A stretch of 64,000 bases of DNA from the NCBI GenBank assembly GCA_965204375.1, contig OZ241986.1, positions 2,432,001-2,496,000 on the forward strand, read 5' to 3'. Positions 28,067 through 37,961 of this stretch are shown piece after piece. The notes below the pieces were generated by a model. It searched no databases and was not told where the DNA came from. It saw nothing but the letters and a program-made list of their open reading frames with translations. The stretch comes from Candidatus Latescibacterota bacterium. GTDB taxonomy: Bacteria; Latescibacterota; UBA2968. A program made the position numbers and the translations under genes. Position 1 is the stretch's first letter, and each line of letters starts with the position of its first letter.

Positions 28067-30301
28067 ATGACGAACAAAAAGTTATACGCAACCAGCATAG
28101 TTCAAAGCCTATTTATTTTTGTGTTGTGTTTCGGTTTTGCCCTGTCTATCACGCTTCCTTCTTTTGCAAAACAGAAACCCCGAGTCGCCCTGGTGCTCAG
28201 TGGAGGAGGCGCGCGTGGAGGGGCACATATCGGCGTGTTGCGCGTGCTCGAGCGCGAAGGCATACCCATTGATTTGATTGTGGGCGTGAGTTATGGTGCT
28301 CTGGTGGGAGGATTGTACGCCGCCGGATATTCTGTTGATAATGTCGAACGCATTATTGTAGAAACAGACTGGTGGGAAATAACCAATAATAGCCCCAACC
28401 GGCGCCTGTCGAATTTGTATCGCAAACCAATGGCTGATCGCCAGATGCTCGCATTGCGCCTCGATAATTTGGATCTAAAATTGCCTTATGGGATTTTTGC
28501 CGGACAAAAAATCCAGCATTTTCTCAATCAATTGACCCTGGGCGCAACTTATCGGGCGCGAAACGACTTTGATCGGCTTCCAACGCCTTTTCGCGCAATT
28601 GCAACAGATATTTTATCTGGCGAACAGGTCGTGCTTAAAAAAGGCTCGCTCGGCACAGCAATCAGAGCGAGTATTTCTGTTCCCGGGGTGTTTGCGCCAG
28701 TGAGTACAGAACAAACCCATCTCGTAGATGGCGGCATTGTCAATAACTTGCCTGTCGATGTCGCATTAGACGCTGGCGCTGATTTTGTTATTGCCGTTGA
28801 TTGTGCCACGCCTTTGCGCAGTCAAAAGCACGAAATTGAAGATGTTATCGACATCATCGATCAAGCTGTTAGTTTTCGAATTGAAGAAAAGAAAGTTGCA
28901 AATCGACAACTCGCCCATGTGTTGATCATGCCCGATTTAAAAAAATTTGATGCAAGCGTTTTTAATCTATCATATACCTTGATCCCGATTGGCGAAGAAG
29001 AAGCCGAAAAACATCTGGATGCGATCTGGAAGACTTTACAAACGCTCGGAATTTCAAAGCGCGTTGGAAAGTCGAGACCGTCGATATTGCCAGATGATTT
29101 TGATTTTAAAACCTGGGCGGATATACCATCGGATATTGTGATTGATCGGGTGCGGATCGAGGGTTTAGAGCGCTATTCACAAGAGGTATTTACATCGCGG
29201 TTGGAAAAATTCATCAATAAGCCGATATCGTTTCGAGAACTGGAACGCGAATCTGGACGGTTGTATGCAACCGGATTATTCCAAACGGTAGATTACCAGG
29301 TCCTCTACCATGAAGGCCAGAACGAATTGGTTTTTCAGGTACTTGAAAAAACCCCCAGTGAGATGAAAGTGGGCCTTCGGTACGACAACGATTTTCGGGT
29401 TTCGGCAATGGCCGAGTTTGCACATCAAAATGCTTATGGCCGCGTATCAGAGTTTTATTTTCGCGGCCTATTGGGCAATTTGAAGTTTGCCGAAATGAAT
29501 TTAATTTTTCGCGCATCTAAGGACCTGAGTTTTCTTGGAGAGATTCGAGGATGGAATCAAGACCGGTTGTATTTCCAAAATGGGCAACGCCAGAGCGCGT
29601 ATAATGAGAAGCGTCTTCGCACGCGATTGGGCATGCAGGTTTTGTTTCACAGTTGGGGAGGTTTCAAAGCGGGGTATCAAGTTGAGCATGTCCGCATTCG
29701 CAATGCGGCCCGTTCAATAGGCAATGCGTCTAAATCTCTGCCCGGCTTCTGGTTATCTGCAAGTATTGACACCCGAGACGATGCGTTTTTGACAAGACAC
29801 GGCATCTATTTTCAAACGCAAGCAAAATGGGTTCATCGGACATTTTCACATAAGCAGGTGCAAACACAACTCGCGTACTTCGCCAGCCCCCATCCGCAAT
29901 TGAGTGTGGGCCTCTGGTCTCATGGGGGCTATGTGACACAGTCTGCACCGATTTATGAACACTTCGCATTGGGTGGTGCAGGACACTTTAGTGGCGCAGC
30001 ATTGCGCGTTGCCGGCCTCAAACGCGATGAACTGAGGGCTTTCAGGTTCGTGTCGGCGGGTATTTCTATTTGGAACCATATGACATTTTGGGAATCCATA
30101 CCGCGCAGTGCTATTGGAATTTTCTATCAGAGCGGTCTGTACTATTTGACTTCCAACCCGGATCGGCCCAATACCCGTATCCACGGTTTTGGTATTGGGG
30201 TTTATATCAACACAACAATTTTGGGCCCCATTCGCGTTGATATTGTGAGCACAGAAAAAAAAGATATCCAGATTTATACGGCAATCGGATTTGCGTTTTG
30301 A
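28067..30301 (+). CDS. Patatin-like phospholipase with POTRA and Omp85 barrel (PlpD/type Vd-like)
   Basis: Signal peptide; LSGGGARG, GVSYG and DGG motifs; C-terminal barrel ending IGFAF. Confidence 0.85.
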   Translation: MTNKKLYATSIVQSLFIFVLCFGFALSITLPSFAKQKPRVALVLSGGGARGGAHIGVLRVLEREGIPIDLIVGVSYGALVGGLYAAGYSVDNVERIIVETDWWEITNNSPNRRLSNLYRKPMADRQMLALRLDNLDLKLPYGIFAGQKIQHFLNQLTLGATYRARNDFDRLPTPFRAIATDILSGEQVVLKKGSLGTAIRASISVPGVFAPVSTEQTHLVDGGIVNNLPVDVALDAGADFVIAVDCATPLRSQKHEIEDVIDIIDQAVSFRIEEKKVANRQLAHVLIMPDLKKFDASVFNLSYTLIPIGEEEAEKHLDAIWKTLQTLGISKRVGKSRPSILPDDFDFKTWADIPSDIVIDRVRIEGLERYSQEVFTSRLEKFINKPISFRELERESGRLYATGLFQTVDYQVLYHEGQNELVFQVLEKTPSEMKVGLRYDNDFRVSAMAEFAHQNAYGRVSEFYFRGLLGNLKFAEMNLIFRASKDLSFLGEIRGWNQDRLYFQNGQRQSAYNEKRLRTRLGMQVLFHSWGGFKAGYQVEHVRIRNAARSIGNASKSLPGFWLSASIDTRDDAFLTRHGIYFQTQAKWVHRTFSHKQVQTQLAYFASPHPQLSVGLWSHGGYVTQSAPIYEHFALGGAGHFSGAALRVAGLKRDELRAFRFVSAGISIWNHMTFWESIPRSAIGIFYQSGLYYLTSNPDRPNTRIHGFGIGVYINTTILGPIRVDIVSTEKKDIQIYTAIGFAF

Positions 30302-30381
30302 TACATTAAAAAATTTATGATCCATCTGTCCAGGGGAACTATGGTCGCAGTTGTACAGGTATAAGACAGTCAAGAACAAAA

Positions 30382-33105
30382 ATGATATTTTTCAAAGGGA
30401 ACACGATTATATTCTTTCTGGCGCTCGCTTTTGCTGTTCCGACAGAATCCACATCTCAGGAGGATTCACCTCCTCCCGGGCACAGGATTCACCGATCTAT
30501 TCCTCCGCCGGGTGCTAAGACCCATATGGTGATTATAGGGGAAAGATTCCGGGCCAGCGGGTTCAAACGCTGGTTCTACGGCAGCAATTACCGGGATCTC
30601 TGGACCACCCCTATCGAGGTTGCGGTCCTCAATCTCGACAGCGTAGGAGGTGGCTTGACGCCGCTTCGCACCGGTGGGGCTGGACAGTCCATCTCGCTTC
30701 ACTTTACAGGGGAAGATGGCCGTCGCTATACGGTCCGCTCTCTGGATAAAGATCCTACCAAAAGGATATGGGATGAACTCAAGGATACGATCGTAGATGA
30801 CGTACTTCAGGACTTGATCACTAACCTTTTGCCAACAGGGGCGCTCGTGGTTGACCCGCTTATGGAAGCCACTGGTATCCTCCATTCCAGGCATACGCTC
30901 GTAGTCATTCCGGATGATCCGAAGTTGGGGGAATACCGCGAAGAATTTGCCGGCCTGATCGGAATATTGCAAGAACACCCATCTGAAGGGCCAGATGATA
31001 CGCCTGGCTTTGCGGGTTCTCGAAAAGTCAGCGGAACGGAGAAGCTGTGGGAGCACCTAGAAAAAAGTCCTTGTAACCGCGTCGATGCCCGTGCCTATCT
31101 AAAGACGAGACTGATGGATTTTCTCATCAACGACAAGGACCGCCATTACGGTCAGTGGAGATGGGCGCGGTTCCCCGATGGCGATTGTCATACATGGCTT
31201 CCAATACCTGAGGATCGCGACCAGGCTTTTGTCGGCTCCGAGGGATTTGCTATGGCAGTCGCGCGTAGAAGGCTCCCCAGACAAATCAAGTTCAACGCCG
31301 CGTATCCAAGTCTGGTGGGCCTATCGACTACTGGTTGGGAGATGGACCGCGAGTTTCTGGCCGAACTCAATAAGATCGCATGGGATTCGGTCGTAACAGC
31401 GTTTCGCAATGACCTGCCCGACCAGGTTATCGAGGATGCCGTGCGGAGACTCCCACCACCGTATTACAAAATGATTGGAGAAACGCTTACAGAAGCCCTC
31501 AAATCGAGGCGGGACGCATTGCCTGATTTTGCCAGCAGATACTATGAATTGATTACCCGCCAGGTCGAAATCCAGGCAACCGATAAGGACGAGTACATCC
31601 AGTGTGAACACCTGTCGAGCGGTGATCTCATAGTCCGTATCGGTCTGATAGAAGGTACTGGAGAAGAAAAGAAGACACCCTATTTCCAAAGAACGTTCCA
31701 CCCCAAAGAAACCCGGGAAGTCCGAATATATCTCCGGGGCGGGGATGACCGTGCGGAAATATTGGGAACAAAGGGGCAGATTGTCGTTCGCATTGATGGT
31801 GGCGGTGGGGATGACACACTTACAAACGCATCCCAATCTGGCGCCTCAAAGACCCGGTTTTATGATTATCGTGGAAAAAATCAGTTCACCAAAGGCAAAG
31901 GAGCGAAAATCGACGAGAGACCCTACAAGCGTCCTCCCGCACGGCTTCTCCGCGCAAGGTATGCTCTGGATTGGGGCATGCAGCCCTTTACTTTCCCGCT
32001 CATTATGGTAAGTCCGGATCTGGGGATGTTCGTAAGCGTACACCATAGCCGGCAGTATTTCGGATATCGAAAGGATCCTTTCTTTTCACAACATTCTTTT
32101 ACCGTCGGGTCGGCTTTCAATCTTCTCGAAGGTCTCAATAGTTTTAAGCCCTTTATTTCCTACACCGGAAACTTTCGCCAACTTATGCGCGACTTCGACG
32201 CGAGAATCTACTTTAAGTACTCTGGAATCCAGGTAATTCGGTTCAACGGATTCGGTAACAAAACGAAGATTCCGCATCCGTCTTCCTTCTATAAGGTAGA
32301 GCAAAGACATTTCGTTTTCGCTCCAGCCCTCGAACTTCGATCGGGAAAGCGTGAAGGAGATAAGTCCAGTGTTGGTATGGAATCGCTTCGCTCAAAATTA
32401 ACCATTGACTTTGGGCCGATCATCAAGTATTCAAACACACCCCTCAGTTCCCATAAGGATAAATTTATCGGCTCGCTTGATTCTCCACTTTACGGTACGG
32501 GTTCCTTTGGACAGGTAGGCGCACAGGGGAAAATCATGTACGATACGCGTGACAATCCTGGGTATCCCAACCAGGGGATCTGGATCAGAATTTCTGGATC
32601 TGTCTATCCAAGCGTCTGGGATGTGGAATCGACCTTTGGCAGCATAGATGGAGAAGCCAGTACTTACCTGACTGCTCGTATTCCGACTAACCCAACCCTT
32701 GCCTTAAGAGCGGGTAGCAAGAAGGTGTGGGGGAATTTTCCTTTCCATGAGAGTGCCTTTTTGGGAGGGACCGGCTTTGCTGGTAGCGGTATATCCAGTG
32801 GCAATTTGCGTGGTTTCCGAAAAAACCGATTCGCTGGAGAGACTGCGCTGTATGGAAATTCCGAACTGCGGGTGGTCCTGACCAAAATCAAGCTTTTGGT
32901 GCCGGGAGAGTTCGGATTGTTCGGTGCGGCTGATGCCGGGCGGGTAATTTATGACGGAGATCCGGACAACGCTGATAAATGGCACACCAGTATCGGGGGT
33001 GGATTCTGGCTGTCTTTTCTCAAGCGCCGACAGACCATGAGCGCGGCAGTCGTAAAAGGCGATGACTTGACGGGCGTATATCTGCGCGCTGGTTTTATGT
33101 TTTAG
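30382..33105 (+). CDS. Omp85/BamA-TamA family outer-membrane protein with a kinase-like N-terminal domain
   Basis: Signal peptide; GGAGQS, INDKDRHYGQW and DRDQAF; barrel motifs YDTRD and LRGF..NRF.G; terminal Phe. Confidence 0.75.
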   Translation: MIFFKGNTIIFFLALAFAVPTESTSQEDSPPPGHRIHRSIPPPGAKTHMVIIGERFRASGFKRWFYGSNYRDLWTTPIEVAVLNLDSVGGGLTPLRTGGAGQSISLHFTGEDGRRYTVRSLDKDPTKRIWDELKDTIVDDVLQDLITNLLPTGALVVDPLMEATGILHSRHTLVVIPDDPKLGEYREEFAGLIGILQEHPSEGPDDTPGFAGSRKVSGTEKLWEHLEKSPCNRVDARAYLKTRLMDFLINDKDRHYGQWRWARFPDGDCHTWLPIPEDRDQAFVGSEGFAMAVARRRLPRQIKFNAAYPSLVGLSTTGWEMDREFLAELNKIAWDSVVTAFRNDLPDQVIEDAVRRLPPPYYKMIGETLTEALKSRRDALPDFASRYYELITRQVEIQATDKDEYIQCEHLSSGDLIVRIGLIEGTGEEKKTPYFQRTFHPKETREVRIYLRGGDDRAEILGTKGQIVVRIDGGGGDDTLTNASQSGASKTRFYDYRGKNQFTKGKGAKIDERPYKRPPARLLRARYALDWGMQPFTFPLIMVSPDLGMFVSVHHSRQYFGYRKDPFFSQHSFTVGSAFNLLEGLNSFKPFISYTGNFRQLMRDFDARIYFKYSGIQVIRFNGFGNKTKIPHPSSFYKVEQRHFVFAPALELRSGKREGDKSSVGMESLRSKLTIDFGPIIKYSNTPLSSHKDKFIGSLDSPLYGTGSFGQVGAQGKIMYDTRDNPGYPNQGIWIRISGSVYPSVWDVESTFGSIDGEASTYLTARIPTNPTLALRAGSKKVWGNFPFHESAFLGGTGFAGSGISSGNLRGFRKNRFAGETALYGNSELRVVLTKIKLLVPGEFGLFGAADAGRVIYDGDPDNADKWHTSIGGGFWLSFLKRRQTMSAAVVKGDDLTGVYLRAGFMF

Positions 33106-33123
33106 CTCATAAAGGAGAATGGG

Positions 33124-34038
33124 ATGCTCAACAACATCATCATACGTCTCGCCATTTACTATGTCACGTGGCTTTTGATTCTCAATGCGATCTTTCACCT
33201 CTTCCCCGAAATCCTCCATTACGTCGCCCAGGAGCGTGAACGCATATTCATAGGAAGATCCCTTGACTCCGGGATCGATTCGGGCATTCCACTTGGAAAC
33301 ATCAAAGAAGGGATAAACCGGCTCGCCGATCCAGAACACACGATTCCAGTTGTGGTCGCTATGGTACTGGCCTTTGGGGTTACCCTCCCAATTACCTGGG
33401 TATATGGCTGGACGCATTCGCCAAAGAAATACAGTCAATCCTTTGCACGCACTCTGCTCGCGATGCCTGTCGTCATATCGCTGGTTGTTTTTTTGGTTAA
33501 AGGTAGTCTTGCCCTTGCGTTCAGCCTGGCGGGTATTGTGGCCGCCGTCAGCTTTCGACTCTCACTCAAAGATACCATGGATGCCGTGTACATGTTTATG
33601 GTCATCGGGATAGGGCTGGCAGCTGGCACCCAGCTTACGACAGTGGCCTACCTCGTATCGTTGGCTTTCGTCACCATAATACTGGGTGTGTGGAAAACCA
33701 ATTATGGCGCGCAGCCACCCGTATTATCCGGTTGGAGAATTGTTTCACCTGATCACTCGGTCCATACTTCTGAAACAAAGACCACTGCCGGGAATCCCTA
33801 TGATGCCCGGATTGAGGTACACACAACGAAGGTCGAAACAGCGCAAAAAGCAACAGCTCAAATCCTGAAATCCGGGACCAAACAGTGGCAAGTAGCAGAT
33901 GTGATCGAGAAAGAAGATGGAACGGCCATCGTTGTATATGATGTTTCATTAAAACAATCCGTCGCTCTGCCTATCCTCATCCGGGATATTGAAAAAAGCA
34001 AAAAAAGTATCAAAAACGCAACGCTGACAAAAGTTTAA
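33124..34038 (+). CDS. DUF4956-family membrane protein
   Basis: SLALAFSLAGIVAAVSFRLSLKDT.DA.Y.F..IGIGLA.G. Confidence 0.8.
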   Translation: MLNNIIIRLAIYYVTWLLILNAIFHLFPEILHYVAQERERIFIGRSLDSGIDSGIPLGNIKEGINRLADPEHTIPVVVAMVLAFGVTLPITWVYGWTHSPKKYSQSFARTLLAMPVVISLVVFLVKGSLALAFSLAGIVAAVSFRLSLKDTMDAVYMFMVIGIGLAAGTQLTTVAYLVSLAFVTIILGVWKTNYGAQPPVLSGWRIVSPDHSVHTSETKTTAGNPYDARIEVHTTKVETAQKATAQILKSGTKQWQVADVIEKEDGTAIVVYDVSLKQSVALPILIRDIEKSKKSIKNATLTKV

Positions 34039-34108
34039 AATAGGTATCCTCAAAGCCTTCCTGCCACCAGAGAGATCAGGTAGGCCATTCATAACGGTAT
34101 AATTACAA

Positions 34109-35272
34109 ATGAAGAACCACACAGATAAATTTCTCCTGGGCTTCCTTGGTTTTGGCATTATTCTCTACCTGTTGTCGATGGGCTATGGACGGGCTCCATC
34201 TTCAGATTTTAGTGGAAATTCGTCGAACATAATTTCAATTTCAGATACTCCGATCGTCCGCCCTTTGACGGATACGATAGATGTATTAATATCTCCCGAA
34301 AGCTATACACTGAACGAAGAGACCGCTTCAGATACTTCGACCGTCCTTCCTTTGGCGGACACAATGGCTGTATTAGACTATGAAGAGGATTCATCCTCAG
34401 ATCTTAGTGGAAATCCGTCAGACACAAATACAGATACTCCGACCGTCCGCCCGTTGGCGGATGCAATGGCAGTATTACAAAGGAAAATATCTCTCGAAAG
34501 CTATACACTAAAAGAAGAGACCGCGACGCACTGGAAGCTGCCCGATCATCTCGAGGAAATCTCTGGTTTGGCAATGATCAGAGACAACCGACTCCTGGCG
34601 CACAATGATGAAAGAGGGGTCATATTTGAGATCGATTATCAGAATGGATCAATCGCAAAAGCATTCCAACTGACGGATATGAAGAACCCGATTGCCAGTG
34701 ATTTTGAGGGCATTGCAACAATTGATGACCAGATCTATTTGGTCACGAGTTCAGGGCGAATATACGAGTGTCGTGAGGGGGCTGCTGGCGAGTCCGTTCT
34801 CTTCAATGTCTATACGACTGGGGTCGGCAGAAACTGCGAAATAGAGGGCCTGGCGTATGACGAGAGCAAGCGGACACTCTTACTAATGTGCAAGGACGCT
34901 CGCAGTGCAGACATGGAGGGACAGTTGGCAGTATATCATTGGTCAATTGACGACAAACAGCTAAGTGTAGATGCACATACCGTAATACCTGTCGCTGAAT
35001 TCTCTCGGCACATCAAGGGGAAAAAATTCCAACCTTCGGGAATCGAGCGACACCCGATATCGGGGAATTACTTTATCGTAGCTGCTCGTCAGGGGGCTAT
35101 CGCGGAGATCACGCCGAGAGGTCAGATCATTGCAGTCAGAGAGTTTCCCGCCCAGTGGCATCGCCAGATTGAAGGTATTACCTTTGCTGCAGACGGCACA
35201 CTAATCGTTTCCGATGAAGGCGCGGGAAGAAAAGCGAGACTAACCCTTTACCCGGTCTCGGATAGTCAATAA
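34109..35272 (+). CDS. SdiA-regulated (YjiK-like) beta-propeller protein with a duplicated low-complexity stalk
   Basis: EISGL, HNDE, DFEGI, EIEGL, PSGI, QIEGITF repeats; N-terminal membrane anchor. Confidence 0.75.
   Translation: MKNHTDKFLLGFLGFGIILYLLSMGYGRAPSSDFSGNSSNIISISDTPIVRPLTDTIDVLISPESYTLNEETASDTSTVLPLADTMAVLDYEEDSSSDLSGNPSDTNTDTPTVRPLADAMAVLQRKISLESYTLKEETATHWKLPDHLEEISGLAMIRDNRLLAHNDERGVIFEIDYQNGSIAKAFQLTDMKNPIASDFEGIATIDDQIYLVTSSGRIYECREGAAGESVLFNVYTTGVGRNCEIEGLAYDESKRTLLLMCKDARSADMEGQLAVYHWSIDDKQLSVDAHTVIPVAEFSRHIKGKKFQPSGIERHPISGNYFIVAARQGAIAEITPRGQIIAVREFPAQWHRQIEGITFAADGTLIVSDEGAGRKARLTLYPVSDSQ
34197..34524 (+). repeat. Intragenic imperfect duplication (period about 195 nt; core present three times)
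   Basis: SSDFSGN/SSDLSGN; DTPIVRPLTDT, DTSTVLPLADT and DTPTVRPLADA; ESYTLNEETA/ESYTLKEETA. Confidence 0.8.
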
Positions 35273-35322
35273 CAGACCAAAGCTATTTCAAAATCGCTCA
35301 TAACCAAAAAACAGGACACACA

Positions 35323-36810
35323 ATGGCGCATTCAAAACCCAACCTGCTCTACATCCACTCCGACCAGCACGACCCTTATGTGACGGGCTGTTATGGAGAT
35401 AAAGTCGTACAAACCCCCAACCTCGACAGCATCGCGGCAAACGGCGTTGTATTTGAAAACTGCTACTGCCCCTCACCGATATGCGTACCCTCGCGCATGT
35501 CCATGCTATCGGGGCGATACCCCTTTGAAAATGAAGTATGGACAAACGGACACATACTCAACTCGAGCATTCCCACATTTGCCCATGCAATGGGCGCGGG
35601 AGGTTACGACCCCGTGCTCGTAGGACGCATGCATTCCAATGGACCCGATCAGCTACACGGATACGCTCAACGCCTCGTAGGCGATCACGGCCCCAATCAT
35701 TCCGGTGGCGGCGGCGTCAACCACGGGATGCTCTCCGGCACAGCAGGTCCTGCCCGCGTCAGCCTGACGAAATCGGGTATTGGGCAAAGTGCGTATCAGG
35801 TACACGACGAAGACGTAACCGCAGCAACCGTCGCGTATCTCGACCGCCTGGGCGTAAAAAAACGCGCGGGACAACCCGCCGAACCCTTCTCTCTCACCGT
35901 TGGCTTTATGCTGCCCCACCAGCCATTTGTCGCGCGCCGCGCCGACTACGAAAGATACGATGGTCGCGTACCTCCCCCGACTGTCTCTGTCCCCTTCTCC
36001 GACGACCTGCATCCCCACATCAAATCCTGGCGCGAACGCTGCGGTATTACAACCGTCACAGAAGCCGAAATCCACCGCGCGCGCACGGCATACTGGGCAC
36101 TTGTGGATCGCATGGATTACATGATCGGGCAGATCCTCACAGCCCTCCGTCAAAACGATTTGATCGACAACACCCTCATCATTTACATGTCAGATCACGG
36201 CGAACAAGCCGGCGAACACGGCCTATGGTGGAAACAAACCTTTTACGAACACTCCGCCAAAGTACCCGCCATCCTCTCCTGGCCCGACCACCTGCCCGAA
36301 GGCAAACACTTTGACAACGTCATCTCTTCCCTCGACCTCAACGCCACCATGATCGACGCCATGCAATGCCCCGAACTCCCCCACTCTCGCGGGCGTTCAC
36401 TGCTGCCTCTTATGCGCGGTGAAAACACATCCTGGGACAACCTCGCCTTCTCCGAATTTTGTCAGGACAGAGCTGGCGGGGGCGGTCCCTTCTCCGCCGA
36501 AGGTGTGTACCAGCGCATGATTCGGCAGGACGAATGGAAATTCAATTACTACCACAACCAGCCCTGCCAATTCTTCAACCTGAAAGAAGACCCCAACGAA
36601 TTGCACGACCGCGCAAACGACCTCGCTTGTCAAAACCTGATCAGAGACTTCACTGCCCGCATCCTCGACGGCTGGGATCCCGACGCCATCGCAACTCAAC
36701 TCGCCGCCCGAAACAGAGACTCCCGCATCCTCACTGCCTGGGCGCGCCACACAAAACCCGCAGACACGATCCGCTGGGACTTGCGCCCCGAAATGGATTA
36801 TCTGGAATAG
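35323..36810 (+). CDS. Sulfatase (choline-sulfatase-like)
   Basis: SDQH, CVPSR (FGly motif), GRMH, SDHG. Confidence 0.9.
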   Translation: MAHSKPNLLYIHSDQHDPYVTGCYGDKVVQTPNLDSIAANGVVFENCYCPSPICVPSRMSMLSGRYPFENEVWTNGHILNSSIPTFAHAMGAGGYDPVLVGRMHSNGPDQLHGYAQRLVGDHGPNHSGGGGVNHGMLSGTAGPARVSLTKSGIGQSAYQVHDEDVTAATVAYLDRLGVKKRAGQPAEPFSLTVGFMLPHQPFVARRADYERYDGRVPPPTVSVPFSDDLHPHIKSWRERCGITTVTEAEIHRARTAYWALVDRMDYMIGQILTALRQNDLIDNTLIIYMSDHGEQAGEHGLWWKQTFYEHSAKVPAILSWPDHLPEGKHFDNVISSLDLNATMIDAMQCPELPHSRGRSLLPLMRGENTSWDNLAFSEFCQDRAGGGGPFSAEGVYQRMIRQDEWKFNYYHNQPCQFFNLKEDPNELHDRANDLACQNLIRDFTARILDGWDPDAIATQLAARNRDSRILTAWARHTKPADTIRWDLRPEMDYLE

Positions 36811-36818
36811 CGGTGCCT

Positions 36819-37961
36819 ATGAAAACCGAACTCACCAGACTCGATCTGGCTTGTTGGGGCGGGTTTATGATGTTTGCCACCAGCGGTGTCGTCACCCCGA
36901 TATGCCTGCCCGAAATATCCAGCACCCTGTCCATCTCCCTCTCTGAAAGCGGCGGTCTGGAAACCGCGCGAACATGTCTTTTGCTCGTCGTCTTAATCCT
37001 GTCCGGCATCCTCGCGCGCAAATGGGGCAAAAAACATTTTGTGACCTATGGGCAATATCTCCTCGCCATCGGCCTTCTCATGATCAGCTATGCCGACAGC
37101 TATCCCATGCTCATCCTGTCCCTCATGGTCACCGGCATTGGCGGTGGATTCACCGAAGCCCTCATCAATCCCCTAATCATCGACATTCATCCCAAAGACT
37201 CGGGCAAATACCTCAACATCACCAACGCCTTTTACCCCGTCGGCGTCATGGTCTCCGCGCTCCTCTTTGGCGAACTCCTGACCCTCGGTTATTCCTGGCG
37301 GCTCGTGTTTCGCATTGCTGCAGGAGGCGCACTTATCATGGGCATCCTGTTCCACCTATCGCGCTTTCCCATACCCGTAGCAGATCAGCAATCATCCAAA
37401 CACCTGATAGCACAAATCCTCAACACGCCCAAATTCTGGCTCTTTGCCATCGCCATATTTTTGGGCGCAGGTATCGAAGCGGCATTCACATTCTGGAGCC
37501 GCAGCTATGTGGAAACCTATCTACAGGACATGCCCCGCGCCGGTGCAATCGCAGTCGTCGTCTTTGCGATCACAATGGCTCTGGGCCGCTTGCTTTCCGC
37601 AAAATTGTCCCAGATAATCAGCCTGAAAACCCTGATGCTCGGTTCCGCCATCCTCGGTGTCGTCGTCAGCAGCGGCATTCCCTTCTCCGACAATCTGATA
37701 GGATTCTATATTCTGCTCCTTTTCGCTGGATTTGCAACCGCCTGCTTCTGGCCTACCATACTCGCCGAAGCAGCGGAACACCTATCCTTTGATGCCACCA
37801 TGCTCTTTGTAATACTCGCCTGCTTTGGCATTGCCGGATTTGGCATCATCCCCTGGACCATGGGGGTTATCGGTGACAGCGCTGGCCTGAAAGCGGGCTT
37901 CGCTGTTATCCCCGGCCTCTTTGTCGGCTTGATCGTCGTACTCGCCATCACAAGGCGTTAA
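36819..37961 (+). CDS. MFS transporter
   Basis: About 12 hydrophobic segments from ATG 36819; the upstream extension in the ORF track overlaps the sulfatase and is not used. Confidence 0.85.
   Translation: MKTELTRLDLACWGGFMMFATSGVVTPICLPEISSTLSISLSESGGLETARTCLLLVVLILSGILARKWGKKHFVTYGQYLLAIGLLMISYADSYPMLILSLMVTGIGGGFTEALINPLIIDIHPKDSGKYLNITNAFYPVGVMVSALLFGELLTLGYSWRLVFRIAAGGALIMGILFHLSRFPIPVADQQSSKHLIAQILNTPKFWLFAIAIFLGAGIEAAFTFWSRSYVETYLQDMPRAGAIAVVVFAITMALGRLLSAKLSQIISLKTLMLGSAILGVVVSSGIPFSDNLIGFYILLLFAGFATACFWPTILAEAAEHLSFDATMLFVILACFGIAGFGIIPWTMGVIGDSAGLKAGFAVIPGLFVGLIVVLAITRR

Noticed and set aside
32704-33438. 244-aa minus-strand ORF
   Set aside because: Antisense across two well-supported plus-strand genes.
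36459-36818. N-terminal extension of the MFS ORF
   Set aside because: Overlaps the sulfatase in another frame; hydrophobic MFS sequence starts at ATG 36819.
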